From Candidatus Micrarchaeota archaeon (lineage in GTDB: Archaea; Micrarchaeota; Micrarchaeia; Micrarchaeales; CABMGC01), in NCBI GenBank assembly GCA_021801225.1, contig JAJYYF010000019.1:5494-69493 (forward strand): a stretch of 64,000 nucleotides of DNA, in the 5' to 3' direction. The position numbers and the translations under genes were made by a program. This document shows positions 19,101-27,019 of the stretch, piece by piece; the first letter of the stretch is position 1, and each line of letters starts with the position of its first letter. The notes under the pieces are model-generated. The model did not search any database. It saw only the letters and a list, made by a program, of their open reading frames with translations, and had not been told where the DNA came from.

Positions 19101-20260
19101 TTTTTCTTACCTCTCATCTCGTTTTGAATCTTGAAGAGTTTACTCTTATCAGGTCTGTACCTATTTTCTGTTTCATATTCTCGCAATCTATTTCTGAAAG
19201 CAATGTCATTATGATTCAATATTCTGATTATGGTAACGTAATCATAAAGAGGTACATAAAAGCCATTGCCAGCTTTAATAACCAATTTTTTAATCAGTTT
19301 TTTACTGGAAAGTGGATCGTTACCAGATTTAAATATTTTAGTTACTTCATTCAGTGTTTCAATGTCGAGCCAATTTGCCCATAATCCGAAAGATAGTAAA
19401 GTAGAAACAAATTTATCCTTCTTAGCTAACGCTTCTAATTTTTTTTTATATTGTTCATCATCAATTAAATCAGCACTATCTAAATAAGATTCCAAAAGTG
19501 GTAATTTAGGATATCCATAACCGTTAAATTCAAGTTCCGAATCGGTAAGAAAATCTGCGCTAATTTTTATATCGTCCATAAATCTCTGTATGTTTTTTAC
19601 AAAATTAATATATTCGTTCCATTCTACTCCGAAAGCAAAAACCGATTTGGCATCTTTAGGTATTTTATCTAAATTAGTTTTAATTAATTCGTTTATAACC
19701 TCTTTAATAACTACCTTCTCTGTGTTGAATTGAATTTTCACAGTATTTAGATTGTTTTCAAGTACACTTGGATATGATATGTTATGCGAAGAGATATTTG
19801 GTAGTGGTTTGGGATTTTCATTAAATAATGTGTTTGACAAACCACCAACGTAACTGCTACCTTTATCCTTGAGTTCTAAGAGTTCATACATGAGTTGCCA
19901 AATGCCTTTGTAATAAGCTTGCCCTTTTTCAGTAAGTATATAAACTGGCTTCATGCCTTTTGTAAACTTTTTAGCAGGTTTTATTTCTGCTCCTTTCTTT
20001 CCTATCATAACTTCTTCTTTTTCAAGAATGATCTCTTTCTTTACGATTATTTTTTCTATAGTATCCTCTGTTTCTAACTTCTGTAAAATTTTTGTTAATC
20101 CAGCAGGAGAAAGTAAGGTTTTTGTTTGTAACTCTGTAAAGGTCGCTCCGTCTATTATTCTTCCGTCAGGGTTGAGTTTCTTACTATCGTGTATTATTGT
20201 TAGAATCTTATCTCTGTTCTCGTTACTTATCCTCTTTTGTCTCTGGTATCTATCGTGCAT
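19097..20260 (-). CDS. Winged-helix DNA-binding protein with a large uncharacterised C-terminal domain, first gene of the cas1 operon
   Basis: N-terminal wHTH-like segment TFTELQTKTLLSPAGLTKILQKLETEDTIEKI. Translationally coupled to cas1. Confidence 0.5.
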   Translation of the reverse strand: MHDRYQRQKRISNENRDKILTIIHDSKKLNPDGRIIDGATFTELQTKTLLSPAGLTKILQKLETEDTIEKIIVKKEIILEKEEVMIGKKGAEIKPAKKFTKGMKPVYILTEKGQAYYKGIWQLMYELLELKDKGSSYVGGLSNTLFNENPKPLPNISSHNISYPSVLENNLNTVKIQFNTEKVVIKEVINELIKTNLDKIPKDAKSVFAFGVEWNEYINFVKNIQRFMDDIKISADFLTDSELEFNGYGYPKLPLLESYLDSADLIDDEQYKKKLEALAKKDKFVSTLLSFGLWANWLDIETLNEVTKIFKSGNDPLSSKKLIKKLVIKAGNGFYVPLYDYVTIIRILNHNDIAFRNRLREYETENRYRPDKSKLFKIQNEMRGKKK

Positions 20261-20389
20261 ATAACATCATATAGTTACTTTACTCAACTAAGTATATAAA
20301 TATGCGCTAATGCCCGATAGTAGTGTGGTAAACATCGCCGTTGCGCCAAAACTGCGTTTACTTTGTACTAATATAATGAGGATGATTTG
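20261..20389. promoter_or_regulatory. Divergent promoter region of the two casposon operons
   Basis: A 129-bp gap between divergent genes. TATA-like AGTATATAAA lies at 20291-20300, about 30-40 nt upstream of the minus-strand ATG. AATATAAT and a GAGGA Shine-Dalgarno-like sequence precede the plus-strand ATG at 20390. Confidence 0.3.
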
Positions 20390-21052
20390 ATGAGATTCAG
20401 CAAAAGGTACAATAGATTTGAAGACTGGCTATCCACTCAGGATAGGCATACTAGCTACATAAGGCGAATAACACGCCTTCATTCGCTCTATCCCAGAGCG
20501 AGCCTTGATCAGCTAAGGGGTCATGCCAGAGCAGAGGCAAAGAGGCTCAGCAAAGGCACGCCTAAGCCCGTATCCGCTAGATCATGGAATACGCTCAGCC
20601 CAAGAGAGCAGTTGGCTAGAGAGCGTGCCTTAGAGGTGCTGAGCCATGCCAGAAGGTCTGGGCAGTCGCTATCACATCTAAGCAGAGAGTATAAAATATC
20701 GGTCAAAACAGTTCTTAGAGCCACTCAAGGCTTCGAGAAGGCAAAGGGTCGCTGGAAACCTAAGAAGATAGATCATATCTCACGCATAATGGCGATAAAC
20801 GAGAACGACAAGGAGCTATTCATAGAGATAACAGATTCTCGCTATGCGACGCTTATCGGCAAGTACCACAGCGCAGTAAAGGAATACCTCAATACTGGCA
20901 ATATCGATGTTTTAGCTGAGTTTGAAGGCAAGAAGGTCAAGGATAGCTCAGGTAAGTGGCATACCCTAGAAACCGATCCATCAGCCATACGTGAGATTAA
21001 TGCTCGGAGAGAAGAGCCAGAGTTCTACGATATTTATCAGGTGAATGTATGA
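20390..21052 (+). CDS. HTH-containing protein, unknown function (casposon core, markedly higher G+C)
   Basis: HTH-like segment LSREYKISVKTVLRATQG. It is the first gene of a translationally coupled chain; its stop overlaps the next ATG. Confidence 0.5.
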   Translation: MRFSKRYNRFEDWLSTQDRHTSYIRRITRLHSLYPRASLDQLRGHARAEAKRLSKGTPKPVSARSWNTLSPREQLARERALEVLSHARRSGQSLSHLSREYKISVKTVLRATQGFEKAKGRWKPKKIDHISRIMAINENDKELFIEITDSRYATLIGKYHSAVKEYLNTGNIDVLAEFEGKKVKDSSGKWHTLETDPSAIREINARREEPEFYDIYQVNV

Positions 21053-21387
21053 TACAATGTCCATATTGTGAAAGCAGTCTTGGCAGTGAAGGATCGTACA
21101 GGGTTCATAAGCACCGATTCCATAAGGGTCTGGACTACAGGCAACCAGTAGTTACACATGAAGAGGCTCGGCAACCAGCTACAGAACCAATAGTAGCTGA
21201 GCATGAACCAGTTTTGCATGAAGCACCAGAGCCACCGCAAGAGCATCCAGAACCGCAAGAACCAGAACATCGTGGTCGTAGCGCAGTAGAGCGAGGTAAA
21301 GGTGGCGACGATGGTCTTGCTATACTTGGTGGTATTGGAGCTATTGCGTTTGTGATTATCCTAGCACTGCTAGGCAAGAAACAGTGA
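21049..21387 (+). CDS. C2H2 zinc-finger protein with a Pro/Glu-rich linker and a C-terminal transmembrane anchor
   Basis: CPYC-x12-HKHRFH, then PE-rich HEPVLHEAPEPPQEHPEPQEPEH, then the hydrophobic tail LAILGGIGAIAFVIILALLG followed by KKQ. Confidence 0.5.
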   Translation: MIQCPYCESSLGSEGSYRVHKHRFHKGLDYRQPVVTHEEARQPATEPIVAEHEPVLHEAPEPPQEHPEPQEPEHRGRSAVERGKGGDDGLAILGGIGAIAFVIILALLGKKQ

Positions 21388-22000
21388 TTATCATGGATAA
21401 CATCAACGACAAGATAACGGATAACAACGATAAAAAGATGTTTCAAAGCGATAAAAATAGCGTTAAAATAGATGTAAAGATAATTGATAAGATAACGGAT
21501 AAAATCAACGACAAGATAATGGATAACAACGATAAAAAGATGTATAAAAACGATAAAGATACGGATAAAAAGCAGAAATTGTTACCCGATATTATCGGCT
21601 ATTTCTTTGATTCAGCAGAAAAGAACAATCTGGATAACAAAAAAGTGAACAAGGTCGTAAAAGACGTACAATACCTCTTCAAAAAAGACCCTAAACATAA
21701 GGATATCAAGTGTTTTATATGCGAGAACGATTAGAACTGCACCACATAGCTGGCAGAAACAACTCAGAAATGACTGTTTCGCTATGCGTTTCTTGTCATA
21801 ATGAGATAACAAGGCATCAGAACACATGGGATATACGCTGGACTAATCAAAACAACACAGAAACACTGCAAAACGCCTTCATAATGCAAGGGATCAGGGA
21901 GCTACTTTTGCTCAAGTACGTCAAAACATGCGATTACACATACTACTGTTTGGCTGATTCGCTGTGCTATGGTATAGGAAAGTCATTGGTGAGCGAATGA
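21384..22000 (+). pseudogene. HNH endonuclease split by a -1 frameshift at ~21725-21734, with a D/K/N-rich repetitive N-terminal extension
   Basis: Frame A ends ...KCFICEND-stop. Frame B continues ERLELHHIAGRNNSEMTVSLCVSCHNEI. Joined, they give a canonical CxxC...HH...N...CxxCH HNH motif. Confidence 0.65.
21402..21543 (+). repeat. Two 40-bp direct repeats (21402-21441 and 21504-21543, 1 mismatch) spaced 102 bp apart, inside the HNH N-terminal extension
   Basis: ATCAACGACAAGATAA(C/T)GGATAACAACGATAAAAAGATGT occurs twice, encoding INDKI(T/M)DNNDKKM. Confidence 0.85.
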
Positions 22001-24642
22001 ACATAGCGTTACGATGTTATATTGATAACAAACTCAATGCACAAAACGATAATGTTATCCATTATAACGATAATCTGGTGCTTGTTTTTGATACAGAAAC
22101 AACGATAGACCAATATCAGAATCTAAAGTTTGGTTCTTATGGTATATGGGAGAATGGTAAACTTGATGAGTTTGGATTGTTTTATGATAACAATTTGGAT
22201 AACAACGACGCCAAAACGTTATCCGATTATGCAGACAAAAAGCACATAAAACTGATAACAAAAAGCCAATTTTTAGACATGTTTATCGATTATGTCTATA
22301 AAAGAAGGGCTATCTGTGTGGGTTTTAACTTGCCTTTTGATATATCACGCATAGCAATAGACTACAGTATATCGAGAAAGGATAACAACGCCTTCTCTTT
22401 CAAGCTGTTTGATAACGTCTATATGCCCAGAATTATCATAAAACACATCGATTCTAAGCGGTCATTGATAAACTTCTCTACGCCTTACTCTAAAAACTTC
22501 AAGAAAGTAACCAGATACAGAGGCACATTCGTTGATTTGAGGACGTTATCTTTTGCGTTAACCAACGATAACCACTCACTTGAAAGTGCTTGTGAACTGT
22601 TCAACGTTGAGCATAAGAAGTTGAAGACTGAGGAACACGGCAAGATAACGCCAGAATACATACAGTACAACATAAACGACGTTTTTGCTTCTTATGACTT
22701 GTTTCTCGCATTGAAAAGCGAGTTTTCAAAGTATAAACTGCCCACGCCATTGAAAAAACTGTTATCCCCAGCATCTATAGGCAAGGAATACTTCAAGGAG
22801 ATGGGCATCAAACCCTTCTTAGAACTGAATCCAACGTTTCCCAAGTACATGCTAGGCTGGATAATGACTACCTATTACGGCGGTAGAACTGAGGTGCATA
22901 TACGTAAAACGCCAGTAAAGGTATCATATATCGACTTTACGTCTATGTATCCATCGCAATTCGTGTTACTCGGCTTGTGGGATTACGTTATCGCAGATAA
23001 CATAGACGTTACAGAAGATAACAAATTCGCTGAATTACTGGATAACATACAGCTAAACGACCTTACAAACAAGGAGCTATGGAAAACGCTCAATGGAATT
23101 GCTCTAGTAGACATGGATAACGATATTTTGCCACTCAGAGCCAAATACAACAGCAAGATAGCGTATAACATAGGGTTGAACTACGCAAAAGGCAAGGCAC
23201 TTTGGTACACTTATCCAGATATCATAGCGTCAAAACTGCTCACTGGAAAGACACTGAAGGTTATCAAGGCTTACAGATTCGTTCCTAAAGGCAAACAGAG
23301 TAATCTCAGCACGATAAACCTATTCGGCAAGAGCATAGAACCAGAGAAAGATGACTTTATCCGCTATTTAATCGAGCATCGGTTAGAGATAAAGCAGAAA
23401 TTGAAGCAAGACACGGATAACAAAGACCTCAAGAAAGAGGACTTTATCGCCAAAATAATCGCAAATGCAACATCTTACGGCATTTTTGTTGAGGTAAATA
23501 CGCAAAACGAGAGAGTAAACGCTGAGATATACGGGATAAGTCCGTTTACATGCGCAGTAAACAAAAAGGAACAGTTTGGCAGAGCGTTTAACCCTATCCT
23601 TGCGACTATGCTAACATCAGGATCAAGGCTTATACTCGCAATGGTAGAGGCATACGTGAAAGAAAACAAGGGTTATTTTGCATATTGCGACACCGATGCC
23701 TTATTCGTTAATCCAGAGCTGGTAAGCAAGATTCAAGCATTCTTCAAGCCTCTAAATCCTTACACTAATCATGTTGAGATGTTCAAAGTTGAGAATGATG
23801 AGGATGGTAAACCTCTTGATAATGTCTGGTTTTATGGTATATCTGCAAAGCGGTACTGTTTGTACAACATAGAGAATGACAAAATCGACATCCTAAAGCA
23901 CTCTTCTCATGGTCTAGGTGGTTTGATAGGCATAAGCGAGGACGAAGTAAAGGATATTTGGAAAGACATCTTAGACCATCACTACAATAGGCTATCAAAA
24001 GAGGTAATGGAACGCAAATATTCAAACAAATTCGTGATGGGCAAGCTCGCATTGACATCACCCTTTGTCTTACAGCGTTTTAGACACACAAACAAGGATA
24101 AGAGGCTAAAACCGTTCAACTTTGTTATCGTTGGGATAGGGCATAGGTTAGACCCTTCAACTAAAGAACAGATAATACCACTATTGGCTTACACCAATGA
24201 CACAGATATCGTGCCGTTTAGCCCATTTACTGATTACAAAACAGGCAAAGAGTACAAAGATAACACAAGGTTCTATTGGAAACCACTACCAGAGTTCCTT
24301 TTTGCTTATGCAGACCACAACGACAACAAGTACGATGGCGAGATTGGAGAATTGAAAAGAAAACGGCTCTTTATCAATGACATCGAACACATTGGCAAAG
24401 AGTCGAACAATCTAGAGGAAAGCGAAGTTATCGGTGTTTCAGATAACGATTACGTTGTTTACGATAACAAAACGGGGCAAAAGATAGCAGATGTTATCAG
24501 AAATATGACAACAAAGGACGCTAGACGTATTGGATTATCAAAAAGGCACTTATTTAGGTTGAAGAAACAAATAAAAGAAGGAAAGAAGATAGTGTTAAAG
24601 AAGAAAACTGTGAATAAGTTGTCTAAAGTTGGTGTAAAATGA
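21997..24642 (+). CDS. polB: Family B DNA polymerase (casposon PolB)
   Basis: ExoI LVFDTETT, ExoII YNINDV, motif A IDFTSMYPS, motif B KIIANATSYG, motif C YCDTDALF, and a KxY motif (SAKRYCLY). The ATG overlaps the upstream stop (ATGA). Confidence 0.9.
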   Translation: MNIALRCYIDNKLNAQNDNVIHYNDNLVLVFDTETTIDQYQNLKFGSYGIWENGKLDEFGLFYDNNLDNNDAKTLSDYADKKHIKLITKSQFLDMFIDYVYKRRAICVGFNLPFDISRIAIDYSISRKDNNAFSFKLFDNVYMPRIIIKHIDSKRSLINFSTPYSKNFKKVTRYRGTFVDLRTLSFALTNDNHSLESACELFNVEHKKLKTEEHGKITPEYIQYNINDVFASYDLFLALKSEFSKYKLPTPLKKLLSPASIGKEYFKEMGIKPFLELNPTFPKYMLGWIMTTYYGGRTEVHIRKTPVKVSYIDFTSMYPSQFVLLGLWDYVIADNIDVTEDNKFAELLDNIQLNDLTNKELWKTLNGIALVDMDNDILPLRAKYNSKIAYNIGLNYAKGKALWYTYPDIIASKLLTGKTLKVIKAYRFVPKGKQSNLSTINLFGKSIEPEKDDFIRYLIEHRLEIKQKLKQDTDNKDLKKEDFIAKIIANATSYGIFVEVNTQNERVNAEIYGISPFTCAVNKKEQFGRAFNPILATMLTSGSRLILAMVEAYVKENKGYFAYCDTDALFVNPELVSKIQAFFKPLNPYTNHVEMFKVENDEDGKPLDNVWFYGISAKRYCLYNIENDKIDILKHSSHGLGGLIGISEDEVKDIWKDILDHHYNRLSKEVMERKYSNKFVMGKLALTSPFVLQRFRHTNKDKRLKPFNFVIVGIGHRLDPSTKEQIIPLLAYTNDTDIVPFSPFTDYKTGKEYKDNTRFYWKPLPEFLFAYADHNDNKYDGEIGELKRKRLFINDIEHIGKESNNLEESEVIGVSDNDYVVYDNKTGQKIADVIRNMTTKDARRIGLSKRHLFRLKKQIKEGKKIVLKKKTVNKLSKVGVK

Positions 24643-25133
24643 GCGATCATTCAGATAGATGTTATGTTCCTTTAACAAAAGAGGACTTGATCGAATTAGC
24701 ATTTAGAGCCATTGAAGTTTTAAAAGAAAAAGGAAAACCTATAAATGATTGTAAATGTATGGTTATATCACAAAATACTGCTAGTCATTATTTATCTCCA
24801 GATAAAAAAATAGGTTTACATGATTTCGATATAATAGCTTTTTTTACCAATCTAAAAAAAGAAACCCACCAACAACCCATAAAAGGAGACTCTAAGCTAA
24901 CAAAGTTTGGAGATTATTGCAAACAATGTCCAAAATCTGATTATATAGCGAGAAAGATGGATATATTTTGTAAGAATATAAAACTTTTAGAAAATATGAA
25001 TCTAGAAGACTCAGTTAAAGAGTATTTTAAAAATTCAGGAACAAAGTGGATTAAAGAAGTAGGAAAAAGACCAATAGTTTGTATAGTCCCAGAAAAACTC
25101 TGTGGAAAAACTTTATGGTCTCCAGACAATTAA
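24639..25133 (+). CDS. Hypothetical Cys-rich protein translationally coupled to polB
   Basis: ATGA overlap with the polB stop. I recognise no family. Confidence 0.4.
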   Translation: MSDHSDRCYVPLTKEDLIELAFRAIEVLKEKGKPINDCKCMVISQNTASHYLSPDKKIGLHDFDIIAFFTNLKKETHQQPIKGDSKLTKFGDYCKQCPKSDYIARKMDIFCKNIKLLENMNLEDSVKEYFKNSGTKWIKEVGKRPIVCIVPEKLCGKTLWSPDN

Positions 25134-25172
25134 ACATTTTACTACACTTTCTTTCTGCCAACTAATCTTTGG

Positions 25173-25226
25173 TGCTAAAACTATGTTAGAGAAGGGGGAC
25201 ATTTGAGGCTCTTATATATAACCCCC
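25173..25226. repeat. Casposon right terminal inverted repeat
   Basis: TGCTAAAACTATGTTAGAGAAGGGGGACATTTGAGGCTCTTATATATAACCCCC is the reverse complement of the left TIR. Confidence 0.9.
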
Positions 25227-25239
25227 TTGTATAAATGCT
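25227..25239. repeat. Target-site duplication, right copy (TTGTATAAATGCT)
   Basis: Exact repeat of 14475-14487. Its last 4 nt are the 3' end of the tRNA-Glu gene. Confidence 0.85.
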
Positions 25240-25310
25240 CCCACCGGGATTTGAACCCGGGTTGCGGGATTGAAAGCCCCGCGTCCTTGGCCGTGCTAGA
25301 CGATAGGAGC
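25236..25310 (-). tRNA. tRNA-Glu (anticodon UUC), 75 nt, CCA not encoded
   Basis: Hand-folded cloverleaf: acceptor GCUCCUA/UGGGAGC, D stem GUCU/GGAC, anticodon stem CGGGG/UCCCG with loop CUUUCAA, T arm CCGGG-UUCAAAU-CCCGG, discriminator A. Confidence 0.9.
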
Positions 25311-25388
25311 GATATATCGGTCTATATATTATTTGTTTAGTAATATAAATATTACTGCTTAATTATCATATTGCTTGTGGTGATTTAT

Positions 25389-26030
25389 GTGGAGGGCTTA
25401 TTTGTATGCATAGAGGGAATAGATGGTTCTGGAAAGACCACTCAAGCTAAGCTTTTAATAGATAAAATTCAAGGTTCTGGAAAGAAGGTCTCATTATTTT
25501 CTTATCCGACACATGACTCAAGATATGGGAAAATAATAAGAGAGGAGTTTCTTGCAGGAAAGGTAGATATGGGAATTGAAGAGCAGTTCTTATTGTATTT
25601 ACTTGATATGCAATCCGACAAAAAGAATATATTAGAAAGTGTATCAAAAGGTAATATTGTAATAAGTGAAAGATATTTCATATCAACAATCGCTTACCAA
25701 TCAGCAGGAAGCTTTGATTATGAAAAAGCAAAAGCAGTCGAAGAACTTATGTCCCTTCCAAGACCTGATATCATATTTTATATAGATATCAAACCTGAAA
25801 TTGCTTTTGAAAGAAAAAAGAAACAAAAGGGTAAAACTGACAGATTTGAAAGCGCAAAGGAGTATATGAATAAGGTTTATAATGTATATGAAAAGCTTTA
25901 CTCAGAAAGATATGGGAGTAAGACATGGATAAGAATAGATGGCAGTAAATCAGAACAGGAGATATCAAATTTTATATTTAGTGCAATAGATAATTATATT
26001 AGTGAGGATAAACAAAAAAATTTAGAGTAG
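25389..26030 (+). CDS. tmk: Thymidylate kinase
   Basis: P-loop IEGIDGSGKTTQ and a DR-type motif (SERYFIST). I prefer the GTG at 25389 from the N-terminal spacing, but the ORF is open from a TTG at 25371. Confidence 0.85.
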   Translation: MEGLFVCIEGIDGSGKTTQAKLLIDKIQGSGKKVSLFSYPTHDSRYGKIIREEFLAGKVDMGIEEQFLLYLLDMQSDKKNILESVSKGNIVISERYFISTIAYQSAGSFDYEKAKAVEELMSLPRPDIIFYIDIKPEIAFERKKKQKGKTDRFESAKEYMNKVYNVYEKLYSERYGSKTWIRIDGSKSEQEISNFIFSAIDNYISEDKQKNLE

Positions 26031-26038
26031 GTAATTGA

Positions 26039-26587
26039 ATGATACTATCAGATTATGATTTAGAGAATATGATAAGAACAGCTAGACTTGAGATAAAGCC
26101 ATTTAAAAAAGATATTATACGTGAGAATGGAGTAGATTTTAGATTAGATAATCAAGTAGCAAGACACAATAAAAAACTCGGGGAGAGTTTTGTATTAGAT
26201 CCATCAAATGAGGAGCACGTTAAAAAAGAGTATGTTCTTGAAAAAAACAAGAAGGAGATAATAATATATCCACATGAACAGGTACTTATGTCAACTTTAG
26301 AGTATTTAAAAATGCCTGATAATGCGATGGGTTTTGTTGAATTAAGAAGCACATGGGCAAGACACGGTTTAATGATGCCACCAACAATAATTGATGCAGG
26401 ATTTTCTGGCAATGTAACATTGGAGGTATTCAACGCTAGTTCTAATGCAATAATGTTAAAACCAGGATTAAGATTTGCACATGTAATATTTGATACTACA
26501 CTCAACAGAGTGAGTAATCCCTATTCTGGTTCTTATTTTGGACAAAAAGGAGTAAGGTTACCTAAGGTAATTAAGATAACAAAGTAA
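26039..26587 (+). CDS. dcd: dCTP deaminase (dUTPase superfamily)
   Basis: GFVELRSTWARHGL and IDAGFSGNVTLEVFN motifs. Confidence 0.85.
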   Translation: MILSDYDLENMIRTARLEIKPFKKDIIRENGVDFRLDNQVARHNKKLGESFVLDPSNEEHVKKEYVLEKNKKEIIIYPHEQVLMSTLEYLKMPDNAMGFVELRSTWARHGLMMPPTIIDAGFSGNVTLEVFNASSNAIMLKPGLRFAHVIFDTTLNRVSNPYSGSYFGQKGVRLPKVIKITK

Positions 26588-26667
26588 TAATATAAATTGT
26601 AAATAAAAAATAAGAAAAAAATTAGAAGATAATGTAGAAAAATAAAAAATAATTTTTAAAGTTATTT

Positions 26668-26949
26668 TTATCTTGATAGATCGTTTAGTTCTTCTTTGCT
26701 AGCTGATTCTTCTTTTGAGCCAGCTGGACCTGAAACTAAAACAACATCTCCTACATTCTTTACGCTTTTGTATAATATACTTTTTTTCTTAAGTACAATA
26801 TTCGCATCGTTCTTTGCGCTTTTCCAAGGAGTCATAAGCAACCTGCTGACTTCACCTTTTTCAAGGTCTATTATAACATCTTGTACATCGCCAAGGTACT
26901 GGCCCTCGTCGCTGTATATATCCATTCTGTATATTTCAGAGATCTTCAT
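26668..26949 (-). CDS. PRC-barrel domain protein
   Basis: Typical small archaeal PRC-barrel pattern: IYSDEGQYLGDVQDVIIDLEKGEVSRLLM. Confidence 0.6.
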   Translation of the reverse strand: MKISEIYRMDIYSDEGQYLGDVQDVIIDLEKGEVSRLLMTPWKSAKNDANIVLKKKSILYKSVKNVGDVVLVSGPAGSKEESASKEELNDLSR

Positions 26950-27019
26950 AAAATCGCCTCGATAATACTACAAGAAGCAGTTATTTAAAGCTTTTCTTCA
27001 TTTTAAGAATAGAGGAAAA

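Larger units (their letters stand above)
14488..25226. mobile_element. Casposon (Cas1-dependent, PolB-encoding self-synthesizing transposon), ~10.7 kb, integrated at the 3' end of tRNA-Glu
   Basis: TIRs plus a target-site duplication. It contains a Cas1 casposase, a family B polymerase and an HNH nuclease. No cas2 or CRISPR array is present. Boundaries are good to about 1 nt because of a G/C-run ambiguity. Confidence 0.9.

Noticed and set aside
21037-21446. Minus-strand ORFs 21037..21270 and 21135..21446
   Set aside because: They lie antisense to the coupled plus-strand genes in the high-G+C part of the casposon. Open antisense frames are expected where stop codons are rare, and the translations are low-complexity Cys/Ser/Trp-rich junk.
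14488-25226. A CRISPR array or cas2 associated with the cas1 gene
   Set aside because: No repeat-spacer periodicity occurs anywhere in the window. The only regular repeats near cas1 are coding 40-bp duplicates (21402-21543) and the TIRs. No Cas2-like small ORF flanks cas1. This is the solo-Cas1 casposon context, not an adaptation module.
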